Positions 1-11,063 of a stretch of 64,000 nucleotides of DNA are shown here, piece after piece. The stretch is from an uncultured virus (IMG/VR IMGVR_UViG_3300042197_003096). Its lineage: Duplodnaviria; Heunggongvirae; Uroviricota; Caudoviricetes. The stretch lies in the IMG/VR virus record IMGVR_UViG_3300042197_003096, one strand, 5' to 3'. Numbering within the stretch: the first letter of the stretch is position 1; each line of letters starts with the position of its first letter. Position numbers and translations under genes: made by a program. The notes beneath the pieces are model-generated. The model made no database searches. It was not told the origin of the DNA and saw only the letters and a program-made list of their open reading frames with translations.

Positions 1-3
1 AAA

Positions 4-3000
4 ATGAAATTATGGGGAACCAAAGCAATTTCTTGGGACGCTTTTGAAGATTTTGAATTTTCTAAAGCCTATGCCCATACTTGGGATATGTTTGACTATC
101 ACAATGATTGGTTAGGAGGATTTTCTCTATACTCCTTACAGTACGGGGACAGAATCAGGGTTACCTCGTTAACTGATGGGGTGGTTATGACTGAAACAGA
201 TTCTCCTGCAAATAACTATTTAGATCTTAGTGAAGCTGCTGACCAACTTAATAATTCGACGGACGAAAACGTATCAAGATTCGATTATGTGGTCAGAGGG
301 TATTCAGATCTTCCACTTTATTTTAACGATAATGGAAATCCAATCTCTCCTGATCTAAGTACAAACCCTGGGCCTAAAAACATTCTCTCTTCCTTCTTTA
401 AAATACCCACTTATTCACCAGTTCTTTTTACACCTACTGGACTTTCGTGGGACGGCGATGGTGATATATGGGTAACGGGAGAAGATGTCGTTAAATTTGA
501 TGGTTTGAATTTTACAACCTATGATTCTTCCAATAGTCCGTTACCTGGCGTCGGACTTTCTACCAACTGTATTAAAATAGACAGAAATGATGTTAAGTGG
601 GTAGGAATAGAAAACAACATGGTTCCTTTGGTGAAAATAAACGAAAGAGACCCATCTCAGAGTCAGTCGTATTCGGTCAACGATTTTATTGACAACGGGG
701 GAAATCCGGTAGTGTATGGAGTCGCTTCAAGTATTCGTGTCATAGAAATTAATCCACAAACCGGAGATATTTTTGCAGCATTCGTTTCTGGATCATCTCC
801 ATCTTATGACGGACTTCTTTATTTTGATGGAAAGGCAAAATCGTGGAGTCTTTCTACTCCAAGTAATTCTAACATTCCTTCCTCTACTATCAGAGATCTT
901 CGTCTTCAATACTATGATATTAACAAATGGTACCTTTGGATAGCAACGGATCAAGGACTTTCTAGATTTAATGGTATAGATTTTAAAAATTACGACACAA
1001 CAAATTCGGGCTTACCTTCAAATGATCTTTATTCAATTGAATTGGACAAGCTTAGTCACAAATGGATTGGAACCTCTTCTGGTATTGTTTATTGGGATCA
1101 TTTAAGATGGGCGGTTTGGAACAATGGAACAAATCCTGAATTAACTGCAGGAAACGTAACTAATATAGTTGAAACGGGAAACGCAAACGTCTGGTTTACT
1201 GTTGATCCTGCATCTTCTCCGGGAGATAACGAACTATTCTTTTTCGACGGGTACTTCTTTACTAAGGTCCTTTACAGAAATGATGGAACAAGTTTAATTA
1301 GTCCCTGTCCTAATTTTTATGGAAAGTCTGCATTATCTGCTCCGTGGAAAACAATTAAGAACGGGGAAACAACTTATCCTAAAAATCTGATCTTTGTAAC
1401 AAATCAAGGGGAAATCGCAAAACTTGACTATTTAATTCCCCATATTCACGCAACATCAAAATTTGCAGGAACACCCGGATGGGATTTTGTTTACCACGAA
1501 ACTTCTCTTCCCCTTCCCGCAATCCAGTACGTTTATAATTCTGGAATAGGAAATTCACAGTTGAACTTCAATTTTATAGTTGGACCACTTTACGATAACA
1601 TCACTTTAAACTCTGATGTTACTAGACCAGTTATGCCTTCTGTTGATAGGTATTCCTGGTATAAACCAATTTGGCCAAGATATAATGTTAGTTATTTGAA
1701 GGATCAATTCCCATCTTTAGATCTTGATGATGTTTTCTTGTATGCTCCTCTTAGGGATATCATTAAAGGAAAAGCCACCAAGGAAGCTTATTGGAGAAAT
1801 TCACAGATAGAAAGAATCGCTCAAAAACAATCCAGAGAACTCTTCGAAAATTTTGAATGGGTAATTACTTTGGGTAATACCAGTGTGGATCAGGGAGTGA
1901 AAGTTACCGTCGATAACGAGGGGGAGATTATTGTTATCGGAGACTACAACGGTAGCATCTTCATGGGAGAGGTAAACAACATCGGAACGCAGGATGTTTA
2001 TCTAAACTCTGTCGATCCGAGTGTTTTTGTTGCAAAATATAATAAAGTCGGAGTTATCCAGTGGGCAAGATCTATTAATCCTCTGTTAGGAAGTCAGCTT
2101 AATGCTAGATCCATAATTACAGATGCTAACTCAAATATTTACGTTGTTTTAGATGACAGTATAACTGGATTTATCCAATTAAACAAGTACAACAGTTCTG
2201 GAGTTTTGCTGAACACCCTAAATATTCCTGTTTCCCCTGTTCAGCTTCTTTCTGATGTAAAAGTTGACATTTACGAGAACATTTATATCTGCGGGGAATT
2301 TGAAGGAACTTTACCGCTAGGAACTTTCAATTTATCTTCTGTTGGTTTAACTTCTGGATTCGTAGCTAAACTTGATTCGACATTAAGTTTTGTTTGGGCA
2401 AAGAAACTAGAGACAACAACTTTCTCTTCTGGCTTAGAAATAGGAATTTTAAAAGAGGATTATTTGTACGTCACTGGACTTTTCACAACAGACGTTGATT
2501 TAGGTCCAATCTCCTTATCCGGTCCAGGAACTCCTGATATGTTTATAGGAAAATTCTTAACCTCAGACGGAACGTGTCTGTGGTCGGAATCTTTCGCAAA
2601 TGATGCCTCAACGAGTTTTGGTAATTCTTCAATCACAATCGATCCGAAGGGACATGTTTTATTAACAGGAAGTTTCACAGGAACAATAGAAATAGAAGGA
2701 AAAACCCTTTCGTCATTCCCATCAACAACTGATATTTTTGTTATAAAATTGCTCTCTACTGGAAAGTTAGTTTGGATGAAAATGTGTGGCGGAGTTTCCG
2801 GGGATCAAGCTTTTGATATTGAAAGCGATTCTGAAGAAAATGTTTATATCACTGGATCCTATACTGGAACAGCATATTTTTCACCCGATGAGATTAACTC
2901 TAGGGGAGGAACGGATATTTATTTAACTAAATTCAACAAAGACGGAACTCTGGTTGATATAGTTACTGCAGGAGGTATTAACAACGATAAAGGAGCAGAT

Positions 3001-3633
3001 CTAGTCTTAGACGACGAAGAAAATATCTATATCACTGGTTATTTTACCGGATCTGGTGCTGACTTTTCTCCGTATGTTACTGCTTCTCCTCAAGGAGGAG
3101 CAATCGATGCTTTCTTAGGAAAAATACCTAAACAAAGATTCCAGTCCGGTTTTAAGATCGGTGCAGTTCAATCTTGGTTGGGATCACACTCTTGGTCTTG
3201 GAAAGAAGAGAAACTTTACGAACAGGAATTTGAAATACCTTTAGCTTCAACTATTTTTATCAATCCTATAGATTCATTAATCCCAGGAAAGAAAAACCAT
3301 GTTTGGTCCCTAGTCGATACTGAATCTGGTGAAGAAATTGTAAGACTCAGAAAAACTCCTTATTTTATCTGGACGTTCTTAAATCCCGGATTCTACACTA
3401 TTAGTTGTCAGCTACAGGACGCAAACGGAAACGTCTATGAAACAACTCACAAAGGAAAAATAAGGGTGATAGATCACAAAACTCCTTTTGCTGGAGACCT
3501 TACTCCGGAAGTTGTAAATCCGAACGATTTCCTGCTCAGAAGTATTTATGATAACAGAAGGGATTTAGGATTTCCCCCACCCTCTAGATTCATAATTGAC
3601 GAACCACTACAATTACAGGAAAATATTCTTTAA
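4..3633 (+). CDS. Large putative virion protein with beta-propeller repeats (sensor-type propeller N-terminal half, SBBP-like C-terminal half); may begin upstream of the window
   Basis: Repeats such as 'NSGLPSNDLYSIELD..KWIGT' and 'DSEENVYITGSY..DIYLTKF'; lies in a block of large structural-type genes. Confidence 0.6.
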   Translation: MKLWGTKAISWDAFEDFEFSKAYAHTWDMFDYHNDWLGGFSLYSLQYGDRIRVTSLTDGVVMTETDSPANNYLDLSEAADQLNNSTDENVSRFDYVVRGYSDLPLYFNDNGNPISPDLSTNPGPKNILSSFFKIPTYSPVLFTPTGLSWDGDGDIWVTGEDVVKFDGLNFTTYDSSNSPLPGVGLSTNCIKIDRNDVKWVGIENNMVPLVKINERDPSQSQSYSVNDFIDNGGNPVVYGVASSIRVIEINPQTGDIFAAFVSGSSPSYDGLLYFDGKAKSWSLSTPSNSNIPSSTIRDLRLQYYDINKWYLWIATDQGLSRFNGIDFKNYDTTNSGLPSNDLYSIELDKLSHKWIGTSSGIVYWDHLRWAVWNNGTNPELTAGNVTNIVETGNANVWFTVDPASSPGDNELFFFDGYFFTKVLYRNDGTSLISPCPNFYGKSALSAPWKTIKNGETTYPKNLIFVTNQGEIAKLDYLIPHIHATSKFAGTPGWDFVYHETSLPLPAIQYVYNSGIGNSQLNFNFIVGPLYDNITLNSDVTRPVMPSVDRYSWYKPIWPRYNVSYLKDQFPSLDLDDVFLYAPLRDIIKGKATKEAYWRNSQIERIAQKQSRELFENFEWVITLGNTSVDQGVKVTVDNEGEIIVIGDYNGSIFMGEVNNIGTQDVYLNSVDPSVFVAKYNKVGVIQWARSINPLLGSQLNARSIITDANSNIYVVLDDSITGFIQLNKYNSSGVLLNTLNIPVSPVQLLSDVKVDIYENIYICGEFEGTLPLGTFNLSSVGLTSGFVAKLDSTLSFVWAKKLETTTFSSGLEIGILKEDYLYVTGLFTTDVDLGPISLSGPGTPDMFIGKFLTSDGTCLWSESFANDASTSFGNSSITIDPKGHVLLTGSFTGTIEIEGKTLSSFPSTTDIFVIKLLSTGKLVWMKMCGGVSGDQAFDIESDSEENVYITGSYTGTAYFSPDEINSRGGTDIYLTKFNKDGTLVDIVTAGGINNDKGADLVLDDEENIYITGYFTGSGADFSPYVTASPQGGAIDAFLGKIPKQRFQSGFKIGAVQSWLGSHSWSWKEEKLYEQEFEIPLASTIFINPIDSLIPGKKNHVWSLVDTESGEEIVRLRKTPYFIWTFLNPGFYTISCQLQDANGNVYETTHKGKIRVIDHKTPFAGDLTPEVVNPNDFLLRSIYDNRRDLGFPPPSRFIIDEPLQLQENIL

Positions 3634-4301
3634 ACAGAATATTCTTTGTAAACTTCTAAGATCTGTGGAACTATAGGATGTCTGTGATTTTGCTTCAGAA
3701 TAATAACTTTCACGCCTTCTATCCTTGAAGCAAGTGTATTGGTAAAATCCAGACCAGACTCTTTCTTATTTTTTAAGTCTATCTGAGTGGTGTCACCGCA
3801 GATTATAATCTTCGAACCAATACCTAATCTTCCTAAGACCATTTCCATTTGGTTTTGAGTTACGTTTTGTGCTTCGTCTACTATAACACAGGCGTTAACT
3901 AGTGTTCTACCTCTCATAAAAGGGAAAGGCAGAATTTCAATTAGACCTTCTTGTAGAAGAGTGTCGATTTTTTGCTTATCGTACAGCATGTATAAGTTAG
4001 AATAAATGGGTGCCAACCAAGGGTCCATTTTTTCTTTTAAATCGCCAGGAAGAAATCCTATATCTTCCTTGGCTACCGTAGGCCTAGTTATAACTATCCT
4101 TTCAATTTCTCTGCTAAACAAAAGATCTAGTGCTATTTGCACTGCCAACAAAGTTTTACCAGATCCAGCAGACCCTCTTAAGATGTTAACTGGATTTTGT
4201 AGAATAATTGATTTGGCTTCTTTTTGTTCCTCGTTTAGTGTGATCTTGAATTTGATAGGACCCTTAGGCTTTCTTTTTTCTGACCATTTGCTTTCTTCCA
4301 T
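3630..4301 (-). CDS. phoH: PhoH family ATPase
   Basis: GSAGSGKT P-loop, 'ITRP', 'IGFLPGDLKEKMDPW', 'FMRGRTL', 'DEAQN', 'GDTTQID', 'RHPIV'. Confidence 0.95.
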   Translation of the reverse strand: MEESKWSEKRKPKGPIKFKITLNEEQKEAKSIILQNPVNILRGSAGSGKTLLAVQIALDLLFSREIERIVITRPTVAKEDIGFLPGDLKEKMDPWLAPIYSNLYMLYDKQKIDTLLQEGLIEILPFPFMRGRTLVNACVIVDEAQNVTQNQMEMVLGRLGIGSKIIICGDTTQIDLKNKKESGLDFTNTLASRIEGVKVIILKQNHRHPIVPQILEVYKEYSV

Positions 4302-4408
4302 AAATTAATTTTTAGTTCTGAGAAACATCCTACACTTCTTGCTGTTTAATTGTTGGCGACTTTTATTGTTGGTCGAGCAACAAGATATATATCAAAAAAG
4401 AAAATCAA

Positions 4409-5335
4409 ATGTCTGTTACAATTACTGAAATCCTTGGCACTGATTCCATATCAGGATCACGTCTAACCATCAACGCTAATTTTTTGTTGTTGGAAAATGC
4501 TTATAATGATTTAGAAAACACCTTTAACATTAACGTCTTGACTGGATCGATGGACGTTTCTACAGCAACTAGCGGTCAGATCAAATCAAAAGCTCTTTTG
4601 ACAAATAGTTTAGTCATGCCCGCTTCTGGGTCTCCCACAATCCAAATCTACGGAACTGGGGCCAGTGCAGGATTTGGCGTATTTTCTAATACAGTAGCTT
4701 CTGCAACAGGATCTTTTTCTAATATTTTACAGACAAACACCTTTGGTGCTTCCGGAACCTCTACTTTTGCTGGAACAGCAGCCTTTGGTTCTGTTGTTCA
4801 AAACAACGGAGCTTTCACAGTCGGTGCTTCTGGAACTTTTATAAATACAAACAGAAAAGCCTCTGTTGGATCAACAACAGCTTTTCCTTCTCCACCTGCT
4901 TCTGGTGTAACCGGAACCTTTTCAAATCCGTATATTCCAACCTTAACGGAAAGCGTAGTTTACATCCAATCTGATTTTGTTTCGACTGCTCCTGCGGATT
5001 CTGCTAACAGCACAGGCTTCTTCTTTTATTCTACAACGGGAACCGGTGCAACTGCTTCTAGCATTCCAGCAGGATACACGATCACCTTTATAGATTCAGC
5101 AATAGGAGCTGGATTAATTGCTACAGGAGTTACTGGTCCAGGCGGAAGTGAATACTACACAGGATTTTCTACCGGTGATGGACAATATTCAGATACACCT
5201 ACCCACATCCAAACTCCTGGAATTCCTTATAAATCTTCAGTAACTTTAATGTGGGAGCCAAGAATAGGACAAAGTGCCTCTGATCAAAAAGGATCTTGGG
5301 TGGTAGTAGCAACAGCAGGTGTCTTTACCTTCTAA
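4409..5335 (+). CDS. Putative virion/fibre protein, Ser/Thr/Gly-rich
   Basis: N-terminal 'D..SGSR..IN.NF' resembles the N-terminus of the tail fibre at 16695; GATATATA at 4384. Confidence 0.5.
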   Translation: MSVTITEILGTDSISGSRLTINANFLLLENAYNDLENTFNINVLTGSMDVSTATSGQIKSKALLTNSLVMPASGSPTIQIYGTGASAGFGVFSNTVASATGSFSNILQTNTFGASGTSTFAGTAAFGSVVQNNGAFTVGASGTFINTNRKASVGSTTAFPSPPASGVTGTFSNPYIPTLTESVVYIQSDFVSTAPADSANSTGFFFYSTTGTGATASSIPAGYTITFIDSAIGAGLIATGVTGPGGSEYYTGFSTGDGQYSDTPTHIQTPGIPYKSSVTLMWEPRIGQSASDQKGSWVVVATAGVFTF

Positions 5336-5356
5336 TTAATAAAAGAATAAAAATCA

Positions 5357-7540
5357 ATGGCAAAAACTCCATACATTCGCCCCATATCAGTACAAGGGGG
5401 AACATTCTACACCTTTTCTTCTGCAGCTGAAGATCTTTCGCTGACTTTCAATAACTCCCTTAAAAAGTTTAAATTTTCTAAGTATGCCTTATTGAAACTA
5501 CCAGAATTTGGTGCTCCGATTTATGGGGAAAACACTTTTCAGTTCGATGCCATTGATACAACATTTTTGGATGCAGCTTATGGGGATTATATTCTTACTA
5601 ATCCAAATAATCTAAGTCCGTCTCTTGAAATATCTTTTCAGAACTACTGTCTAAATTTAGAAGCAACGGTTATTTCCGACCCGGATTACAACCCGGAGCT
5701 AAAAAAGAATGTCTCCGAAAGGGTGTTCTGGAAATGGGTAAAGGAATTAGGAGGAGTTAGATTTAGACCAGCAAATCCAAATGAGGTGGTTCCTACCCTT
5801 AACCAGGTCACAACCACAACTATTGACGGATATCCTTATTCTGACAAAAGATGGGTGGAAGAAGATACCCTTCTAACAGGTAATGGAACACCAACCCCAA
5901 GATACGAGAGATTAGTTCAATATGTTGGTGAAATTGACGTAGTTAACTCCGTTCAAAATTCACAAAATGCTTATTCTGAAGTCTATATACACGTTCCTAC
6001 AAGCGACGGAGGAACACCTTATGTTTTATTCAAAACTTCAGCAGACGAAAACTATTTTCCAGACAGAACTTGGACACACAATCCAACAGATCCTTTAGAT
6101 ACAGAATATTTACAGGGCAGGGATTCTGCTAGTGGCTTATATGGACCAAACGGTCTTCCAAAACTAGCTATTTTCGACCAGGATGTTTTAGGAGAACCTG
6201 GAGTTACTGGAACATCAGCTACTGGTTCATTTACAAACAATTGGTATTCTCCTAGAGACGAAGCTAATTCATATTTCACAGACCCAAGCTTTTTTGACTC
6301 ATCAAATTATGAATTAGAAAAATACGTTTCGGCTTCTGGTCCTGGTTCGACTGTTGTAACATATGTTAGAAGCAATTTGGATGGCGTACAAATAGATTTC
6401 GATCCAGGTTCATACAAAGCAGTTCAAGACTATGTTGGAATTAGCACAATAGAAGAATGGAACGGAACTCCAACAACAACATCATTCGAGTTTAACACAA
6501 TCCTGGTTTACTACGATGTTTATGATCCAAATAACCCAGTAGATTCTGAAACTAATCTTTACGGAATTCTTTTTCTAAACGATCCAGAACCCATATCAAC
6601 AAATGCTGCTAAACTTCCTAATTTTCAGAAGTTTAAGCCAGATCCTATTACCAAATTGAACGGTAACTCCTACGGGTTTAAGATTAATTTAAAATTCGAC
6701 ACTGATGTCGAAAGCACTGGGGTTGAACAGGCTATCAATGATTATTCTTCTTTCTCTCTTTCAATTTTTATGGATGCTGCTACTGTTTTACAGGATGCTG
6801 CAAAAACTTTGAATGACAGAACGTTACAAATAATAGATCTTCAACAGCAAGTCCAAGAACTACAGGATCTTATTATCAATACAGATGATAGTAATGAAAT
6901 AAAAGCTAGACTAACACTAGTAGAAAACGCTTTACAGGCTAATCAGGCTTTATTCGAAAACACACAAGACGTTTTGAGTCTGATCGAGCAAAACACCGAC
7001 ACAATTCAGAACATTTTACAGAACCAAACTTCTGTTCAGCTTTCTTACAACCTTGACCTTCTTAAAGACGGAAACGGAACAAAGGTAGATCGATCGGTTC
7101 CAAACATACTAAAGGTTGATGTTGTACAGCAGGACTATAACATAGGAACCAATTCTATATTCACGATCAATCCTATAGCAGGAAACACTCTGAATCTAGA
7201 ACAATACACTAATTATTTAAAACACAAAAACAATGGATTGGCTATATCCGCTTCTAATGATATAATCATAAGAATTGATGATAGCCAACTTAGATGGAAA
7301 AAAGGACAGACCCTCAGATTCTCTGTAGGAGATGCTATTGATCTAGGAAATTATTCTTTGGTTATCTTAACTGATGCTCTTGGACAATATCCTTTAAATG
7401 CACCTTCTGGAGTTCCTTATTCTGTAGTTGTTGCCGGGTTCTTAAATCTCCAATTCTCTTCTGCAGGATTCACACCAATCTTTGATATAGTTTGTGTTGA
7501 TGATGTTAATCTGACCTTTGAAATAGACCAAATAAAATAA
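5357..7540 (+). CDS. Putative virion structural (baseplate/tail) protein with a coiled coil
   Basis: 727 aa in a tightly packed structural operon; Gln/Leu heptad region near aa 470-560. Confidence 0.45.
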   Translation: MAKTPYIRPISVQGGTFYTFSSAAEDLSLTFNNSLKKFKFSKYALLKLPEFGAPIYGENTFQFDAIDTTFLDAAYGDYILTNPNNLSPSLEISFQNYCLNLEATVISDPDYNPELKKNVSERVFWKWVKELGGVRFRPANPNEVVPTLNQVTTTTIDGYPYSDKRWVEEDTLLTGNGTPTPRYERLVQYVGEIDVVNSVQNSQNAYSEVYIHVPTSDGGTPYVLFKTSADENYFPDRTWTHNPTDPLDTEYLQGRDSASGLYGPNGLPKLAIFDQDVLGEPGVTGTSATGSFTNNWYSPRDEANSYFTDPSFFDSSNYELEKYVSASGPGSTVVTYVRSNLDGVQIDFDPGSYKAVQDYVGISTIEEWNGTPTTTSFEFNTILVYYDVYDPNNPVDSETNLYGILFLNDPEPISTNAAKLPNFQKFKPDPITKLNGNSYGFKINLKFDTDVESTGVEQAINDYSSFSLSIFMDAATVLQDAAKTLNDRTLQIIDLQQQVQELQDLIINTDDSNEIKARLTLVENALQANQALFENTQDVLSLIEQNTDTIQNILQNQTSVQLSYNLDLLKDGNGTKVDRSVPNILKVDVVQQDYNIGTNSIFTINPIAGNTLNLEQYTNYLKHKNNGLAISASNDIIIRIDDSQLRWKKGQTLRFSVGDAIDLGNYSLVILTDALGQYPLNAPSGVPYSVVVAGFLNLQFSSAGFTPIFDIVCVDDVNLTFEIDQIK

Positions 7541-7544
7541 CGAA

Positions 7545-10500
7545 ATGTCGAATACTAAAAATTCATTCTCGTCTCTAATAGCACAATTTTTAAGACTTCA
7601 AAAGAACTCATTAGAGATCATAAATAAACTGAACGAGGTTGCAACAACCCAAGACGATTCAGTTGAGATTGAGTTTCTGATGGATAACAACACCTCGGAA
7701 AATATACAAATTCCAAGTTACGGTTTTTTAAAATCTGAGATAAACAGGCTTGATCAAAACATTTTAGCTCTTTCCGGTCTGGAAGATAACACTGCCAACA
7801 TCAGAAAATCTGACGGAACGGTGGCAAAGATTTACCAAGCTTCTGTTTTAAGAGATCCTAGTTCACCAAACAGTCTTGCAGTACCAGGAACTTTTCAGGC
7901 CAGAAACAACTGGTTTTTCGAAAGTTTTTTGAATCCTCTTCTTTACATTTCTATCGATGTCGAAAATCAAATACCAATAGATTCAAATAAGGTTGTTGTA
8001 AAAAGAATTATTGCCAATACTCAGTCAGATCTGCAAAAACAATACTTTGATAATAATCTTAAAGGAAGAAACGATCTCACTGATGAAGATTTTATTGCTG
8101 CTTTAGAAAGCCAGGGCATTCAATATTTTATTGACGAACAAATAAATGATTTACCACTCCAAAGTGTAAGATATAAAGGAGGTTTTGGTGTACTCAGAAT
8201 ATTCGATGAAGAAACACAGTCAACACAAAACGGAGTAACAACCACAACGACAGTTCGAAAGTATAAGCTTAGTACAATTAGATACACCGACACCTTAGCG
8301 ACAACTACGGACTCAAGAACACTTGCTAAGGGTGATCAATTGATCACACCAGGAGGTACCAAATATGAAATCTCCTCTATAGATGTTGCAGACTCAACAG
8401 TGGTTCTTAAAAGATTATTCGGTTATGAGCCTATTCAAATAGGAAACAACTCTCTTTTGATCTATTCAAACACTTTATCTCCAAGAACAGTGGAGGTAAA
8501 TGTTGGATTCGACGAGAGACAGGCAATTTTTATAAAATCTGTCGATGAAAGATTTAACGTAGCAAGCAGCACATTTAGTCCTGGAGTCACTTTCTGGACC
8601 AACGAACTACAAATCAATACATCAAACGGAGTACAAACTTTAGAAACATTTTATAATTCAGAGGTTTCTGATTTTGGACAAACTTTTATTGCTGCAGCAA
8701 AAGAGAAAACGATTCCTGCAGTTTATGGACAAAGCCCAGTACCTCCTACTGTTTCTCCCGATGATTTTAAGGTTGTCCAGGTTAACAAGCAAATTACTGA
8801 TTCAACTGCTGGTCAAACTTTTAAGGACAAGATTCAGGTTAAAACCTCTCTAAAAAATGAGATTGATTCTATTGATAGAGCGATAGATCAGTCGAGAAGG
8901 CAGCTTAACGATTTAACCACAACTAGCACCGCTAAGGTTCCTAATGCAGAATTTAAAAAATTAAATGACAGAATTGGAACTTTAACAAAAGACAAATCAA
9001 CAAAAACCGATCTTCTTTATACCACTATCACTGAGCTAAACACTCTAACTTCAACAACACCGGAATTAGTAGAAGCCCCAAAGTACAGAGTGAGGGGTTT
9101 CTGGCCTATCCCTGAACCCATCTTTGATCCTAAAACTGGAGAGCAAAACATAATCCAATTTAATGTAAGGTATAGATACCTTTCTTTGGCGGGAAATGCT
9201 CCTGGGGTGGAACAAATTGAATTCATAGACAACGACGGGATCAAAAAGAATGGTCAATTTTCTGATTGGGTGGTTTTTAAAACAGACCTCAGAAAAAAGA
9301 TTTACGATCCAAATACCGGAGTTTATGTTTGGCAGATTGAAGATGTTAGTGACGCCAACACAGTTAACATCAACCAATTAGACATACCTATAACTAAGGG
9401 GGAAAAAGTAGAAATACAAATCCAATCTGTATCAGAAGCAGGATGGCCAACGAACCCATTGACTTCTGATTGGTCCACGTCTGCAATCATAGAGTTTCCG
9501 CCTGATTTATCGGTACAAACAGGAAACGCTCCTTTTGTTGCTCAGAACATGAGTGATCAAACCCTTGTTCAAATACAGGCAGATCTACAAGCAAAAGGAT
9601 TAGATCAACACTTATCAACTGCATTCAATTCCGGAGACAAATACTACGGCCACACGGCTAACGTGATTGCTTCTGGCTTTTTTGATGCTAGTGGAAGAGC
9701 AATAGATCTTTTCCAGAAGTTAACTCAAATTGATAACGAACTACAGTCATTAAAAGCATTAATTGCAAAAGCAAAAGGGACACTTGGAGTTTATATCAGA
9801 AGTGGATCCAACACTGTTAAAGTTAATCCCGGTTCGACGGTTAATCTTTTTGCTGGTTACTATGATCAATTAATAGATCTTTCTAACCCTAGCAATAAAG
9901 GAAAGATTGCTACTGTGAATTATTTTATAGAGCTCAGAAACGAAGCGGCGACCCCTCTAGAACTTTCTTCCCTTATCCCAGGAGGACAAAACGTACAGGC
10001 ACCCATTTCAATTGTTTCTCAAAACGATTACAACCAAAATAGAAAATACGGTGAAACCCCTGTTCAACTCTCCGGAACCGTAGCAGCAGATGTAAATGTT
10101 TCTGCAACAGGATATTTCATACAAACACCAGGTTACCAATCAGCAAATGCTTATTCACAGTTTGTTTATCCTAGATACAAGAGTGTGGGACTAGACGAGG
10201 ATCTATATTACACCCCAGTAAACGTGGTTGGATGGAATATAAATAATGGTGTGGTTGTTTCAGGTTCTAATTATCCGATAAACTCTAATGGTATAGTTCT
10301 GCCGTTTCAGCCGGACACAACTTCTGTTGTTGGTGCTGGAACAAATGCAAGCATCTGGGCAGGAACATATACGGTGACTTCTCCCGACGGGGGAGGATAC
10401 CTTAACGAATATTGTATTCACCTTTCACACCCAGCAATTAATAATGGATTAGCACCATCATTTGCGTCTTTAGTCCTTCCTCCGGTTACAAATCCCGGCG

Positions 10501-11051
10501 GACCTATGGTTTATCCTTCTTTTAGACAATCTGTTGGATTTGAGGTTGATACAAACACGAATGCTTCTGTAATAGGAAGCACACAGACATCTTCTAATCA
10601 GCAGATCCAATTCACGCCTTCACTTTCAACAAATTACGGAACAGATCATGAGGCTTATCCAACTAAATTGGGATTTGTTGATAGCGACGAATTTACAGTC
10701 GGAAAATATTCTTGCGGCTCTTATCTCTTTATTGCTCCAACTAATCATACAGCAGTGCAGGTTGAAGGAACAACACAAATGGCTAAAAAGACAGTTGAGT
10801 TTGGGCAGGAAAATGCTATCACAGTTCCTTTAGTTTTCCAGATGAGAGCACAAGATAAATTGGGATATGTTGGAGGATGGAGAGCAGCAGGAAACTTAAA
10901 AAATATCACCTATAAAAAGAAATTGGGTATTGATATTCAGGTTAAAAACGAAGAACTATTTTCTTTTGATGTTTTAATAAGCGGAAGCTACACTAAGACT
11001 TCTTTAGTTTCTCCTGCATATTCTCAAAACATTATAACAACAAAAAAATAA
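7545..11051 (+). CDS. Putative virion structural protein
   Basis: 1168 aa, central coiled coil, operon context. Confidence 0.45.
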   Translation: MSNTKNSFSSLIAQFLRLQKNSLEIINKLNEVATTQDDSVEIEFLMDNNTSENIQIPSYGFLKSEINRLDQNILALSGLEDNTANIRKSDGTVAKIYQASVLRDPSSPNSLAVPGTFQARNNWFFESFLNPLLYISIDVENQIPIDSNKVVVKRIIANTQSDLQKQYFDNNLKGRNDLTDEDFIAALESQGIQYFIDEQINDLPLQSVRYKGGFGVLRIFDEETQSTQNGVTTTTTVRKYKLSTIRYTDTLATTTDSRTLAKGDQLITPGGTKYEISSIDVADSTVVLKRLFGYEPIQIGNNSLLIYSNTLSPRTVEVNVGFDERQAIFIKSVDERFNVASSTFSPGVTFWTNELQINTSNGVQTLETFYNSEVSDFGQTFIAAAKEKTIPAVYGQSPVPPTVSPDDFKVVQVNKQITDSTAGQTFKDKIQVKTSLKNEIDSIDRAIDQSRRQLNDLTTTSTAKVPNAEFKKLNDRIGTLTKDKSTKTDLLYTTITELNTLTSTTPELVEAPKYRVRGFWPIPEPIFDPKTGEQNIIQFNVRYRYLSLAGNAPGVEQIEFIDNDGIKKNGQFSDWVVFKTDLRKKIYDPNTGVYVWQIEDVSDANTVNINQLDIPITKGEKVEIQIQSVSEAGWPTNPLTSDWSTSAIIEFPPDLSVQTGNAPFVAQNMSDQTLVQIQADLQAKGLDQHLSTAFNSGDKYYGHTANVIASGFFDASGRAIDLFQKLTQIDNELQSLKALIAKAKGTLGVYIRSGSNTVKVNPGSTVNLFAGYYDQLIDLSNPSNKGKIATVNYFIELRNEAATPLELSSLIPGGQNVQAPISIVSQNDYNQNRKYGETPVQLSGTVAADVNVSATGYFIQTPGYQSANAYSQFVYPRYKSVGLDEDLYYTPVNVVGWNINNGVVVSGSNYPINSNGIVLPFQPDTTSVVGAGTNASIWAGTYTVTSPDGGGYLNEYCIHLSHPAINNGLAPSFASLVLPPVTNPGGPMVYPSFRQSVGFEVDTNTNASVIGSTQTSSNQQIQFTPSLSTNYGTDHEAYPTKLGFVDSDEFTVGKYSCGSYLFIAPTNHTAVQVEGTTQMAKKTVEFGQENAITVPLVFQMRAQDKLGYVGGWRAAGNLKNITYKKKLGIDIQVKNEELFSFDVLISGSYTKTSLVSPAYSQNIITTKK

Positions 11052-11063
11052 TAATTAAAGGAA